Shown one piece after another: positions 25,786 to 35,363 of a stretch of DNA of 64,000 nt. The position numbers were made by a program, and so were the translations under genes. Below the pieces are notes generated by a model. The model did no database searches. It was not told where the DNA came from and saw nothing but the letters and a program-made list of their open reading frames with translations. This DNA is from a virus (Duplodnaviria; Caudoviricetes): positions 6,000-69,999 of the IMG/VR virus record IMGVR_UViG_2791355130_000003; one strand, given 5' to 3'. Position 1 is the first letter of the stretch; each line of letters starts with the position of its first letter.

Positions 25786-26503
25786 CTGGAAGGCCCTCGA
25801 TATCGAGGCGCGCCAGGTTGATCCGAACACGCTTCGCCGCCGCGAGAAGAACGCGCACTACATGGCACCGGCCATGTTCAAGCGCCTTGTCGAGAACGTC
25901 AAAATCGATGGCCGCCTCACCACCACGGTCCTGGTGTGCCAGAACAAAGACGGCTCCCTCGAGATCCTGTCCGGACATCATCGCACGGCCGCCGCGATCG
26001 AGGCTGGCCTGCCGCTGGTTGACGCGCTCGTCATCACCACCCCGTTGACGGAAAAGCGCAAGGTGGCGATCCAGTTGAGCCACAATTCAATCAACGGCGA
26101 AGACGACCAGTCGCTGCTTGCCCAGCTCTACGCCTCGCTCGACATCGATGCGAAGAAGTTCTCCGGTCTCGACGACAGCGTGCTCTCTGGCGACAAGGGA
26201 CCAGGTGCGACAGCACTCGGCGGAGCGAACATCAAATACGACGAGCTGCTGTTCTCCTTCCTGCCGGAAGACCGCGTGCGGTTCGAGGTCGAGCTGGAGG
26301 CTCTCGCCAAAAGGGCGAAGCGCTTCCGCATCCATGCCGCGCCACAGTCGAAGTTCGACGAGTTCTTCGACGCCATCGTGCGCACCAAGAGCCAGCTCAA
26401 CATCGTCAATTCGGGCATCGCCCTCTCGGTCATGGCGCGCCTTGCCGGCGAGCGGCTGGATCAACTCGAAGCGGAAGCGGAGGACAAATCCGATGCGGCA
26501 TGA
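25763..26503 (+). CDS. ParB/Srx N-terminal domain protein
   Basis: KNAHYM...FKRLVENVKIDG.L, EILSGHHRTAAA, QLSHNSI.G.DD. Confidence 0.82.
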   Translation: MASTSSVDWKALDIEARQVDPNTLRRREKNAHYMAPAMFKRLVENVKIDGRLTTTVLVCQNKDGSLEILSGHHRTAAAIEAGLPLVDALVITTPLTEKRKVAIQLSHNSINGEDDQSLLAQLYASLDIDAKKFSGLDDSVLSGDKGPGATALGGANIKYDELLFSFLPEDRVRFEVELEALAKRAKRFRIHAAPQSKFDEFFDAIVRTKSQLNIVNSGIALSVMARLAGERLDQLEAEAEDKSDAA

Positions 26504-26642
26504 ACTGCCCAGCTTGCCCGGCTCGTTTCCCAAGCCCGAAGCGCCCATCGCCGGCCCGCCATTCGGCACCCCGTTTATCGTGGTGCTCGCCATCCTGTCG
26601 TTCACCTTCGCCGTGTGCCTCGCACGCGTCCTCCTTCCGTGA
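26493..26642 (+). CDS. Small membrane protein
   Basis: GGAGG SD; C-terminal TM segment FIVVLAILSFTFAVCLA. Confidence 0.45.
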   Translation: MRHELPSLPGSFPKPEAPIAGPPFGTPFIVVLAILSFTFAVCLARVLLP

Positions 26643-26892
26643 TCCAGATGCATTCGTGTGTGTGTAACGTAGTGCCGGTGGTTAGCGTGGCCGCAGCGTC
26701 AAGCATTATGGGTCAGTTTGCATTTCGGCGCATGTTTGCAGACCTTATGCCCAGCAACGCTTTGCGGCCCGATTTGACCAGCACAATCGCATTCGGTTCG
26801 GCTCGCGGCATGATGTCCATGGGTTGCGGGATGGGTGGCAAAAAAAAGAGCCATCCCGAACATTCCGAACACTCGCACGCGCGAGTCGTCCG

Positions 26893-27528
26893 GTGATCAA
26901 GACCAAGACCACCGTGGCGACATCGAAGCCGAAGGCCAAGGCCAAGGCTGAAACGGCCACAACGAAGCCGAAAGCCGAGCCGAAAAAAAAGCCGGCGCGC
27001 GGCAAGAAGAAGCCGGCCAGCAAGGCATCGCCTCCTGTGGCGCCGAAGCCTGCTCCCAAGCCTGAGCCGGCACCACAGCCGAAGCCGGCGGAAGGCAACC
27101 GGGGCGGGGCATCGCCGAAACTGACCGAGCGCGACGTGCCGCGCGTGATCGCGATGCTGCGCCAGTGCGGCGGCATCAAGACGGTCGCGGCGGAGAAGCT
27201 GAACGTCGGCCGCACCACGCTCTACGCCTTCCTGAACGAGCATCCTGAAATCCAGGAGGCCGATTCCGAGATCGCCGACGAGTTGCTCGACGTTGCCGAG
27301 GGGCAGGTGGTGATCGCGCTTCGCTCTGGCGATTTGCAGACCGTGCGCTGGTACCTGGAGCTCAAAGGCAAGGACCGGGGCTATGTGCGCCGCGTCGAGC
27401 AGACCGGCAAGAATGGCGGTCCGGTCGAGACGCAAGCAAGGGCGAACCCGAAAGACTACACCGACGAGGAGTTGGACGTCCTGATTGCGGCAGCGCAACG
27501 ACGGAAGGCCGCCGAAGCGCAAGGGTGA
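26893..27528 (+). CDS. Terminase small subunit (HTH) with Lys/Pro/Ala-rich N-terminus
   Basis: G..TVAAEKLNVGRTTLY HTH, WYLELKGKDRGY, EQTGKNGGPVE; directly upstream of terL; start uncertain. Confidence 0.8.
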   Translation: MIKTKTTVATSKPKAKAKAETATTKPKAEPKKKPARGKKKPASKASPPVAPKPAPKPEPAPQPKPAEGNRGGASPKLTERDVPRVIAMLRQCGGIKTVAAEKLNVGRTTLYAFLNEHPEIQEADSEIADELLDVAEGQVVIALRSGDLQTVRWYLELKGKDRGYVRRVEQTGKNGGPVETQARANPKDYTDEELDVLIAAAQRRKAAEAQG

Positions 27529-27533
27529 TTTGA

Positions 27534-29183
27534 ATGGCGCAGAAGTCTGCCGCCGCCCGCGCGCCGCTCAATGCCCCCGACCTCGAAGACCTGCTGATCG
27601 AGCGAGACCGGCGCAAGGCCAAGGGATCGTTCGCCGAGTTCGTCAAGATGGCGTGGCTCGAACTTGAGCCGGAGACGCCGCTGGTCTGGAACTGGCACAT
27701 GCAGGTGGTTTGCGACCATCTGCAAGCGCTGGTCGAGGGCAAGTTTCTCGAGCTGGGCCTGCGCAACCGCCTCGTCATCAACGTGCCGCCTGGCACATCG
27801 AAATCGCTGCTCGTCTCGGTGCTGTTGCAGGCCTGGGAGTGGGGACCGGCCGGCCGGCCCGGCATGCGGTATCTGTCGACGGCGTATAACGACGGGCCGG
27901 TCAATCGCGACACCCGCAAATGCCGCGATCTGATCCTGTCGCGCTGGTACCAGGACCGCTGGCCCGAGGTTCATCTCAGCCGCAGGGCCGAGACCTCGTT
28001 TGCCAACAACAGCACCGGCACCCGCGAGGGCGTGGCGTTCGGCTCGCTCACCTCGCAGCGTGGCGATCGCCTGATCATCGACGATCCGCACTCGACCGAG
28101 ACGGCGGAATCGGCGACCGAGCGCACCGCCACAACCCGCAAGTTTCGCGAGGGCGCGCAAAACCGCCTGAACGACCAGAAGCGCAGCGTGATCATCGTCA
28201 TCATGCAGCGCCTGCATGAGGCTGACGTCACAGGCGTCATCCTCGACGGCAAGATGGATTACGTCCATCTGTGCCTGCCGATGCAGTTCGAGCCCGACCG
28301 CTGCTGCTACACCCCGGTCAAGGTTTCCAGCTCCGTCGGCGAGCCGATCCTGGCGCGCTATGACGCGAGCAAGCAGCACTGGTACGGCGAGAACGACAAT
28401 CTGCCGGACGAGCGTCGCGCCGAGATCGAGGCGATCAAGCTCCAGCTCGTCTGGCGGCAGGATCCTCGCACCGTCGACGGCGAGATCCTCGATCCGATCC
28501 GCTTCCCGCCCGATGAGCTGAAACAGCTCTACAACGACATGACGTCGTATGCCGTCGCGGGCCAGTATCAGCAGCGGCCAGCGCCGCGCGCCGGCGGCAT
28601 GTTCCAGCGCGCATGGTTCGAGGGTCGCATCGTCAGGGCAGCGCCGAAGGGCACCATCTGGGTCCGCCATTGGGACTTGGCCGGCACGCGCGGCGGCACT
28701 GGCGCGCGCACCGCAGGCGTCAAACTCGGCCGCGATCCCGAAGGCCGCTACTATGTCGGCCATGTCGTGACGCTTCGGGAGGAAGGCAAGTCGGTCCGTA
28801 AGACGATCGAGACGCAGGCCGCGCTCGACGGCAAGGCGGTCCACATCAGCCTGCCGCAGGATCCCGGTCAGGCCGGCAAGGCGCAGGTGCAGGATTTCGT
28901 CGCGCAGCTCGCCGGCTACAAAGTGCATGCCGAGGGCGAGACCGGCGACAAGATCACGCGCGCCGAGCCGTTCGCGGCGCAATGCGAGCACGGCAACGTC
29001 CACATCGTCGAAGGCGAGTGGAACACGCTCTACCTCGACGAACTCTGCCTGTTCCCAGCCTCCAAGCTGATGGACCAGGTCGATGCTTCATCCGGCGCCT
29101 TTACGAGGCTGCTCAACATCAAGGGGGCCATGGTGATCAGCGACGACGTTCTTCGGCGCGCTGCCCAGCCGGGGCCGCGATGA
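27534..29183 (+). CDS. terL: Terminase large subunit
   Basis: INVPPGTSKS Walker A, LIIDDPH Walker B, IMQRLHE.D, WDLAGT, DQVDA nuclease motifs. Confidence 0.95.
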   Translation: MAQKSAAARAPLNAPDLEDLLIERDRRKAKGSFAEFVKMAWLELEPETPLVWNWHMQVVCDHLQALVEGKFLELGLRNRLVINVPPGTSKSLLVSVLLQAWEWGPAGRPGMRYLSTAYNDGPVNRDTRKCRDLILSRWYQDRWPEVHLSRRAETSFANNSTGTREGVAFGSLTSQRGDRLIIDDPHSTETAESATERTATTRKFREGAQNRLNDQKRSVIIVIMQRLHEADVTGVILDGKMDYVHLCLPMQFEPDRCCYTPVKVSSSVGEPILARYDASKQHWYGENDNLPDERRAEIEAIKLQLVWRQDPRTVDGEILDPIRFPPDELKQLYNDMTSYAVAGQYQQRPAPRAGGMFQRAWFEGRIVRAAPKGTIWVRHWDLAGTRGGTGARTAGVKLGRDPEGRYYVGHVVTLREEGKSVRKTIETQAALDGKAVHISLPQDPGQAGKAQVQDFVAQLAGYKVHAEGETGDKITRAEPFAAQCEHGNVHIVEGEWNTLYLDELCLFPASKLMDQVDASSGAFTRLLNIKGAMVISDDVLRRAAQPGPR

Positions 29184-30841
29184 TCAAGAAACTTTGGGGC
29201 GCATTGCGCCGTCGTTGGACACGCGGACCAGTCGCCGACGTCCCTGCGTCGGCGCCGCCGGCAGCAGTTCCTCCAGGAGCGCGTCCTCCCACGCGCATCT
29301 CGGATGCGATGCTGTCGGCGATCCGCGCGCAAGCGGCCGCACCGAAGCAGCCGGTGCCGGTCTTCACCCTGCCCAAGCACCCGGATGGCGTGCTCCCGTC
29401 GGGCAACACCGGGCTTGCCATGGACAGCGCCGTCGGCGCGGTTCAGAGCTGGGCGAACGGCTTCGCGCTGAGTGGCTACTTCTCGGAGGGGATCACCTTC
29501 CTCGGCTACGCCTACCTCTCGGAGCTGGCTCAGCGCCCGGAATACCGGGTGATCTCCGAGACCATCGCGACCGAGATGACGCGCAAATGGATCCGCTTCA
29601 CCTCGAACGACGGTGAAGACAAGGCCGACAGGATCGCGGAGCTGGAGGCCGAGTTCAAGCGCCTCAACGTGCGCGACATCTTCTGCCGCGCCGCCGAGCA
29701 GGATGGCTTCTTCGGCCGCGGTCACATCTACATCGACACCGGCGACACCGACGATGTCGACGAGCTGCAAAAGCCGATCGGCACCGGCTGGGACAAGCTG
29801 AGCGTCACCAAGTTCGCCAACAAGCCCATCCAGGCGCTGCGCACCGTCGAGGCGGTCTGGTGCTATCCGACCAACTACAACTCGAGCGATCCGCTCAAGG
29901 ACAACTGGTATCGGCCCGACAGCTGGTATGTGCAGGCCAAGATCGTCCACACCACGCGGCTGATCACGCTGATCGGGCGCGAGGTGCCCGACCTGTTGAA
30001 GCCGACCTATTCGTTCGGCGGCTTGTCGCTGTCGCAGATGTGCAAGCCGTATGTCGACAACTGGCTGGAGACGCGCCAGTCGGTGAACGACATCATCTCG
30101 ATGTTCAGCGTCTTCCTGCTCGCCACCAACCTGGGCGAGACGCTGCAAGCCGACGGCGACCAGCTCTTCCGCCGTGCTGAACTTTTCAATTTGGTCAGGT
30201 CCAATCGCGGCCTGATGATGATCGACAAGGATAGCGAGGACTTCAAGAACGTCGCGGCTCCGCTCTCCGGGCTCGACGTGCTCCAGGCCCAGGCGCAAGA
30301 GCACATGGCGTCGGTGAGCCACATTCCGTTGGTCAAGCTGCTCGGCGTCCAGCCGGCCGGCTTGAACGCCTCCTCGGAGGGCGAAATCCAGGTGTTCTAC
30401 GACTACGTGCATTCCTTCCAGGAGCACCTGTTTCGCCAGCCCATCCACCGCCTGCTCGGCCTGGTGATGACCTCGCTTTGGGGCGAGCCCGACCCAGGCA
30501 TCGACTTCGAGTTTGAGAAGCTCGAAGAGACCAATGAGAAGGAAGCGGCCGAGGTTGAAAAGATCAAGGCCGAGCGCGACGTGATCCTCATCGACGGCGG
30601 CGTGATCTCGCCCGAGGAATCGCGTCACCGCGTTGGCGGCGATCCGGACTCTGACTTCTCTTCGATCGACGTCGAGGACCTGCCCGACCTCCTCGAAGAG
30701 GAAGAGGATGGGCTGGTGCCGAATGGTGGCTCTCCGGCCAAGGATATCGAGGGCGCCGGGGTAGTGGGTCAGGTTGAATTCCGCCCCGATCGCAACCGCC
30801 TACGGCTCTTGGCCCTGATTTCGCAGAAGGATGGCGGCTAG
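29180..30841 (+). CDS. Portal protein (DUF1073 family)
   Basis: F.GY.YLSELAQRPEYR, IPLVKLLG.QPAGLNASSEGE...YD. Confidence 0.9.
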   Translation: MIKKLWGALRRRWTRGPVADVPASAPPAAVPPGARPPTRISDAMLSAIRAQAAAPKQPVPVFTLPKHPDGVLPSGNTGLAMDSAVGAVQSWANGFALSGYFSEGITFLGYAYLSELAQRPEYRVISETIATEMTRKWIRFTSNDGEDKADRIAELEAEFKRLNVRDIFCRAAEQDGFFGRGHIYIDTGDTDDVDELQKPIGTGWDKLSVTKFANKPIQALRTVEAVWCYPTNYNSSDPLKDNWYRPDSWYVQAKIVHTTRLITLIGREVPDLLKPTYSFGGLSLSQMCKPYVDNWLETRQSVNDIISMFSVFLLATNLGETLQADGDQLFRRAELFNLVRSNRGLMMIDKDSEDFKNVAAPLSGLDVLQAQAQEHMASVSHIPLVKLLGVQPAGLNASSEGEIQVFYDYVHSFQEHLFRQPIHRLLGLVMTSLWGEPDPGIDFEFEKLEETNEKEAAEVEKIKAERDVILIDGGVISPEESRHRVGGDPDSDFSSIDVEDLPDLLEEEEDGLVPNGGSPAKDIEGAGVVGQVEFRPDRNRLRLLALISQKDGG

Positions 30842-31018
30842 GTCATCCTCAAAAATCGCAAGGGTTTGCTCGAATAGGGTGAGCAAATGTTCAGCCTCCG
30901 CGCTTTGCCGTCCCTGCGCTCCTATGCGTCTGATCTGTTGGCGTTGCCGTTCCACAAGCTCGCGCCCTTTCGCGACGTGCTTTTCTGCCAACGCAATTCG
31001 AGATTGAAAATCCGTCAT
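30800..31018 (-). CDS. Small helical moron protein
   Basis: LAEKHVAKGRELVERQ...AEHLL.LFEQTL; GGAGAG SD. Confidence 0.65.
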   Translation of the reverse strand: MTDFQSRIALAEKHVAKGRELVERQRQQIRRIGAQGRQSAEAEHLLTLFEQTLAIFEDDLAAILLRNQGQEP

Positions 31019-31179
31019 CGAGGCTCTCCGTCTCTAGGCGGGAGCTCAATATCTCTCAGCCACCGACGCCCAACGCATGCTGTTGCCGGTGATGGGACAC
31101 TATGGACCTGAAAGCTGGAAAGGTCCAATCTTGCGGTGCGGTGGCTTCGAATTTTCGGCTTCGTTGGGTGAGACGCGGC

Positions 31180-31368
31180 ATGAACGAGACGCGCGAAATC
31201 CGGCTTCGGCTGCTCGAAATCGTGGGGCGTGACGTCAGTGTCACCGGCGACAACATCGTTGAAACCGTTCTTGCCTTAGAACGGTTTGTCTGGGAGGCGG
31301 GTGTTGCCAAGCCCGGGGAGCCGGCAGATAGTGCGGCTCCCGTCACGGACAACGCCGGCACCGCTTGA
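31180..31368 (+). CDS. Small hypothetical protein
   Basis: MNETREIRLRLLE...LERFV. Confidence 0.5.
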   Translation: MNETREIRLRLLEIVGRDVSVTGDNIVETVLALERFVWEAGVAKPGEPADSAAPVTDNAGTA

Positions 31369-31443
31369 TCACGCTCCACCTCTGGGAACTCCTCAAAGCA
31401 CAGACGCCCGACGATCGCGAGATCGCCGAGACGCTGAGGGATC

Positions 31444-32262
31444 GTGATGTCCAGCCTGCAAAGTCGTCGGACGGCCAAGCGCAACGAAAAGGTGCTTCGC
31501 CCGGTCCGACCCAACGTCGGGATCGAGACGGCCTATAGGGGCCGTCTGACGCGCTTGATCGACGCCATGAGCGACAGCGTGATCTACTGGCTGAAAGCCC
31601 GTGCCAATACGCCCCGCATAGCGCAGGATGAGACGCCAGCGGATGCGCTGCGCCGATCGATCCGCAAGCTTGCCGCGCAGTGGACCAAGCGCTTCGACGT
31701 CGCCGCGGTGAAGCTCGGCGACTATTTCGCGCTCTCGGTCGAGCAACGTTCGAGTGCGGCGCTGCGCAAGATCCTGCGCGATGGCGGCATCTCGGTCGAG
31801 TTCAAGATGACGGCGGCGATGCGCGACGTCGTCGACGCGACGATTCACGCCAATGTGGCGCTGATCAAGTCGATCCCGTCGCAGTATTTCGACCAGGTCG
31901 AGGGCGCGGTGATGCGGTCGGTGCAGACCGGCCGCGACCTCTCCGGCCTGGTGCAGGATCTCGAGCGATATTCCGGCATCACGCGGCGCCGGGCCGCTTT
32001 CATCGCGCTCGACCAGAACAACAAGGCGACGTCGGCCTTCAACACCGCGCGCCAGCTCGAACTCGGTATCGATGAAGCTGAGTGGCACCATAGCGGCGGC
32101 GGCAAGGAACCTCGCCCCACGCATGTCCAGGCCGGCCGCGAAAGGGTCCGCTACAAGATTTCGACCGGCTGGTACGACCCTGCCGTCAAGCGTTTCATCC
32201 GGCCGGGCGAGGAACCCGGTTGCCGATGCGTCGGGAAGCCGATCATCAAGGGCTTCTCCTAA
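31444..32262 (+). CDS. Head morphogenesis protein (SPP1 gp7/Mu gpF)
   Basis: RRAAFIALDQNNKA, W.HS.GGKEPRPTH, PGEEPGCRC. Confidence 0.92.
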   Translation: MMSSLQSRRTAKRNEKVLRPVRPNVGIETAYRGRLTRLIDAMSDSVIYWLKARANTPRIAQDETPADALRRSIRKLAAQWTKRFDVAAVKLGDYFALSVEQRSSAALRKILRDGGISVEFKMTAAMRDVVDATIHANVALIKSIPSQYFDQVEGAVMRSVQTGRDLSGLVQDLERYSGITRRRAAFIALDQNNKATSAFNTARQLELGIDEAEWHHSGGGKEPRPTHVQAGRERVRYKISTGWYDPAVKRFIRPGEEPGCRCVGKPIIKGFS

Positions 32263-32317
32263 GGAAAAGCGCGTGATCGTATGGGATCACGCGCTTCAGT
32301 GCGCCCAGTTTGCCGGT

Positions 32318-32569
32318 TCAGCGTCTGAACATCCGGGCAACAGCGATCAAAATACATGCGCCGATAAAGCCGGCCACAAGATAGCCAAGCCATCCGGTCA
32401 AGGATATGCCCAGCAATCCGAGAAGGAGGTTAGCGACGATGGCGCCGACAACCCCCAAAAGGATGTTCATGAGCACGCCCATATTGCTCTTCATGAACAT
32501 CTCGGCGAGCCAGCCGGCGATGCCGCCGATCACAATAGCAGCGATCCAACCGACACCTGGATTTTCCAT
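32318..32569 (-). CDS. GlsB/YeaQ/YmgE transglycosylase-associated stress membrane protein
   Basis: WIAAIVIGGIAGWLA...NILLGVVGA. Confidence 0.9.
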   Translation of the reverse strand: MENPGVGWIAAIVIGGIAGWLAEMFMKSNMGVLMNILLGVVGAIVANLLLGLLGISLTGWLGYLVAGFIGACILIAVARMFRR

Positions 32570-32609
32570 GTTTCCCCTTTCCTAGAACCGAAATTGGTTC
32601 GGCGGGAAA

Positions 32610-32635
32610 AACGTGCGGCAAACCAATAAAGTTCC
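32610..32635 (-). promoter_or_regulatory. EcfG/RpoE2-type promoter
   Basis: GGAAC-N17-CGTT upstream of the GlsB-family gene. Confidence 0.7.
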
Positions 32636-32643
32636 TCGACCGC

Positions 32644-32958
32644 TCAGGCGGCAGCATGCAGCGTCGGGATGGCCTTGATCTCGGCGCTGAGTGCCTTCTC
32701 GGCCTGCTCCAGATCATAGTTGCGCTGGAGGTTGAGCCAGAGCACCGGGCCGTTGCCGACCAGCTTTCCAATTCGGAGAGCCATCGGGACCGTGATGGGC
32801 TGCTTCTCGTCGATGATGTCGTAGAGCGTCTTGCGCGAAATGCCGAGCAGCTTGGCGATCTCGGTCTTCGACTTGTCGAGCGCCGGGATGACGTCTTCGC
32901 GGAGCAGTTCGCCGGGGTGCATGGCGGGTAAACCGCGCTTGATGGCTTTCGTGTTCAT
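32644..32958 (-). CDS. higA: HigA antitoxin
   Basis: HPGELLRED, HTH, ITVPMALRIGK, WLNLQRNYDL. Confidence 0.93.
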   Translation of the reverse strand: MNTKAIKRGLPAMHPGELLREDVIPALDKSKTEIAKLLGISRKTLYDIIDEKQPITVPMALRIGKLVGNGPVLWLNLQRNYDLEQAEKALSAEIKAIPTLHAAA

Positions 32959-33236
32959 CAGTGGTAATCCTCCATTTCTACGTCGATGGCGTCCTCGCCA
33001 TCCCACCCGAATGTGATCCGGTAGTTGCCGGTGACGCGGACCGAATATCGGCCTTTGTCTTGACCGACGAGGCCGTGAAAGTGATAGCCGGGCAGGTCCA
33101 TGTCCTGTGGCCGTGCCGCCGCTTCCAAGGCCCGCAGGATGCGAGCGACACGCTTGTCGTCCTGAACGCTAAGACCGCGCGCTTTGCCGGTTTCGAAGAA
33201 GCGTTGCAGGGCTTTGTTTCGGAACGTCTTGATCAT
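32958..33236 (-). CDS. higB: HigB (RelE-family) toxin
   Basis: MIKTFRNKALQRFF, YSVRVTGNYRITF, EDYH; toxin-first order. Confidence 0.93.
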   Translation of the reverse strand: MIKTFRNKALQRFFETGKARGLSVQDDKRVARILRALEAAARPQDMDLPGYHFHGLVGQDKGRYSVRVTGNYRITFGWDGEDAIDVEMEDYH

Positions 33237-33244
33237 GCTTAGAG

Positions 33245-33296
33245 TGTAAGGCAACACCTTACATAAGTCAACAAAAATGTAAGGTCAAGCTTTACA
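33245..33296. promoter_or_regulatory. HigBA promoter/operator palindromes
   Basis: TGTAAGG-N5-CCTTACA and TGTAAGG-N5-CTTTACA flanking a minus-strand TTGAC. Confidence 0.7.
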
Positions 33297-33314
33297 TTTC
33301 AGGAGCGATTTTCG

Positions 33315-35291
33315 ATGCCTGCGAAATCTGAGGCCCAGCGCCGCGCCATGTACGCAGCGGCCGAGGGCCGGGGCGTGCTCGGCATCCCGAAGGCGGTCGG
33401 CGAAGAGTTCGTCGGCAAGGACAGCGCGAGCCAGGCGGCCTCGCTGATGCTGGTCGCACCCGATGGCGATGTCCTCGTGCTCCGGCGCTCTTCGACTGAT
33501 ACCAGCTGGCCCGGCCATTGGTGCTGGCCCGGTGGCAAGTCGGATGAAGGCGAAGACGCCGAGGCGACGGCGGCGCGCGAGACCATCGAGGAGATCGGCA
33601 CGCTGCCGTCTGGCGCGCGCCAGCTCATCGACACGCGCGGCACGCCGAATGGCTGGGTGCATCACACCTTCGCTCAGTGCGTCGAGACGAAATTCGCGCC
33701 GGTGCTGACCGACGAGCATTCCGGCTATGCCTGGGCTCCCCTGCGCTCGCTGCCCGAGCCGCTGCATCCGGGCCTGCGCGACATGCTGGGCGAGCGGCTT
33801 GGCATCGCCGCCGACATGTCGCCCGAGGCATGGGACTCGCTGCGCTCCAACTTCGTGAAGTGGACAAGGGGCGAAGACATCGTGATCGAGGGCGCCTGCC
33901 CGATTTGCGGTGGCTCCGGCGAAGTCGCTGGACCTGGGATCGTGTGCGACGAATGCCGCGGCAAGGGCGCGGTGGCACAGGCCAACGACGCGCTCGCCAT
34001 GGATCGCAACAGCGTGCGCTCGTTCGACCAGGACGGCCATCTGCGCGTCGAGATGACGCCGATCTCGAAGGCCAACATCTGCCCCTACTATGGCCGCGAG
34101 ATCCCCGACTTCGAGGCGCTGGGGCTCGACCCCGAGCGCATCTATCGCCTCTACCGCGATGCGGACGAGCTCGCGAAAGCAGCCCCGACCTTTGTCGGCA
34201 AGCCGCTCTTGCTGAAGCACATTCCGATCAGCGCCAAGGAGCACCCGCGCGAAGCCGTGGTCGGCGCGCTCGGCGATGCCGTCGAGTTCCATGCCCCGTA
34301 CCTCATGGCGCCGCTCAGCATCTGGGACGGCGCTGCAATCGCGCTGATCGAATCCGATCGGCAGAAAGAACTTTCAAGCAGCTATCGCTACCGGGCCGAC
34401 ATGACGCCTGGCACGCTGGCTGGAGAATCCTACGACGGCGTGATGCGGGACATTTCCGCCAATCACGTTGCCTTGGTTGAGGAAGGCCGCGCCGGGCCTG
34501 ATGTTGTTGTCGGCGACAGCAAAATGGAGATCATCACGATGAAGAAAACAGCACTGCTGTCGCGCATGGCGTCCGTCGCCCACGGCGCGATCCTTGCCCA
34601 CGTCATGCCGAAGCTCGCCGCCGATCAGAAGATCGATGTCAGCGCGGCTCTCGCGGGCGTCACCGCCGAAAACTTCAAGGCCAAGCGCCCGGCCATCCTC
34701 AAGGCCGTCGGCAAGGCCGCCGAGGGCAAGCTCGCCGCCGACGAGAAGCTCGACGGTCTCGAGGCGGTTCTCGTCGCGCTCGACGAGGTCGAGGTCCAGG
34801 AAGCCATGGACGAAGACGAGGAGGAGGACGGCAAGAAAAAGAAAGCCGAGGACTCCGAACAGGAGGAGGACGAGGACGAGAAGAAGAAAAAGGCCGAAGA
34901 CGGCGACGAGGACGATGATGACAAGGTCGACAAGAAGGCCATGGACGCGGCAATCGCCGCGGCTGTGGCGCAGGCCAAGACCGAGGTCCGCGCCGAGATG
35001 CTCAAATCGGCCGCCGAAGTGCGCGCCGCCGAGGAGGCCGTTCGTCCCTACATCGGCAAGCTCGCCATGGCCCATGATAGCGCGGATGCCGTCTATCGCA
35101 CCGCGCTCACCTCACTCGGCGTCAACATCGACGGTGTCCATCCCTCGGCACTGCCGGCCATTCTCAAGGCCCAGCCGCTACCTAGCGTCGGCGCACCGAA
35201 GAAGCCGGCCGTCGCCCTGGACGCTGCCGGGGTGAACTCGTTCTACGAGCTTTTCCCAGCCGCCAAGACCCACATCGTCAAGTCGCTCTAA
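33315..35291 (+). CDS. NUDIX + Zn-ribbon + DUF2213 capsid maturation protease/scaffold fusion
   Basis: Nudix box GGKSDEGEDAEATAARETIEEIG; CPICGGSG/CDECRGKG; ISKANICPYYGREIP, ELSSSY, NHVALVEEGRAG; acidic scaffold tail. Confidence 0.88.
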   Translation: MPAKSEAQRRAMYAAAEGRGVLGIPKAVGEEFVGKDSASQAASLMLVAPDGDVLVLRRSSTDTSWPGHWCWPGGKSDEGEDAEATAARETIEEIGTLPSGARQLIDTRGTPNGWVHHTFAQCVETKFAPVLTDEHSGYAWAPLRSLPEPLHPGLRDMLGERLGIAADMSPEAWDSLRSNFVKWTRGEDIVIEGACPICGGSGEVAGPGIVCDECRGKGAVAQANDALAMDRNSVRSFDQDGHLRVEMTPISKANICPYYGREIPDFEALGLDPERIYRLYRDADELAKAAPTFVGKPLLLKHIPISAKEHPREAVVGALGDAVEFHAPYLMAPLSIWDGAAIALIESDRQKELSSSYRYRADMTPGTLAGESYDGVMRDISANHVALVEEGRAGPDVVVGDSKMEIITMKKTALLSRMASVAHGAILAHVMPKLAADQKIDVSAALAGVTAENFKAKRPAILKAVGKAAEGKLAADEKLDGLEAVLVALDEVEVQEAMDEDEEEDGKKKKAEDSEQEEDEDEKKKKAEDGDEDDDDKVDKKAMDAAIAAAVAQAKTEVRAEMLKSAAEVRAAEEAVRPYIGKLAMAHDSADAVYRTALTSLGVNIDGVHPSALPAILKAQPLPSVGAPKKPAVALDAAGVNSFYELFPAAKTHIVKSL

Positions 35292-35363
35292 GGCGAGCGG
35301 CTTCCCCTTCCAAGCCCGTCGAGCCGGCCAGCAAGCCGGCTCTTTTCATTTAGGAGATCGCCC

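Noticed and set aside
27456-30628. Long antisense ORFs (515 and 532 aa) opposite terL and portal; similar ones opposite the sheath, baseplate J and the 24472 gene
   Set aside because: Shadow ORFs caused by high-GC codon bias; no motifs, and the sense-strand genes are clearly identifiable.
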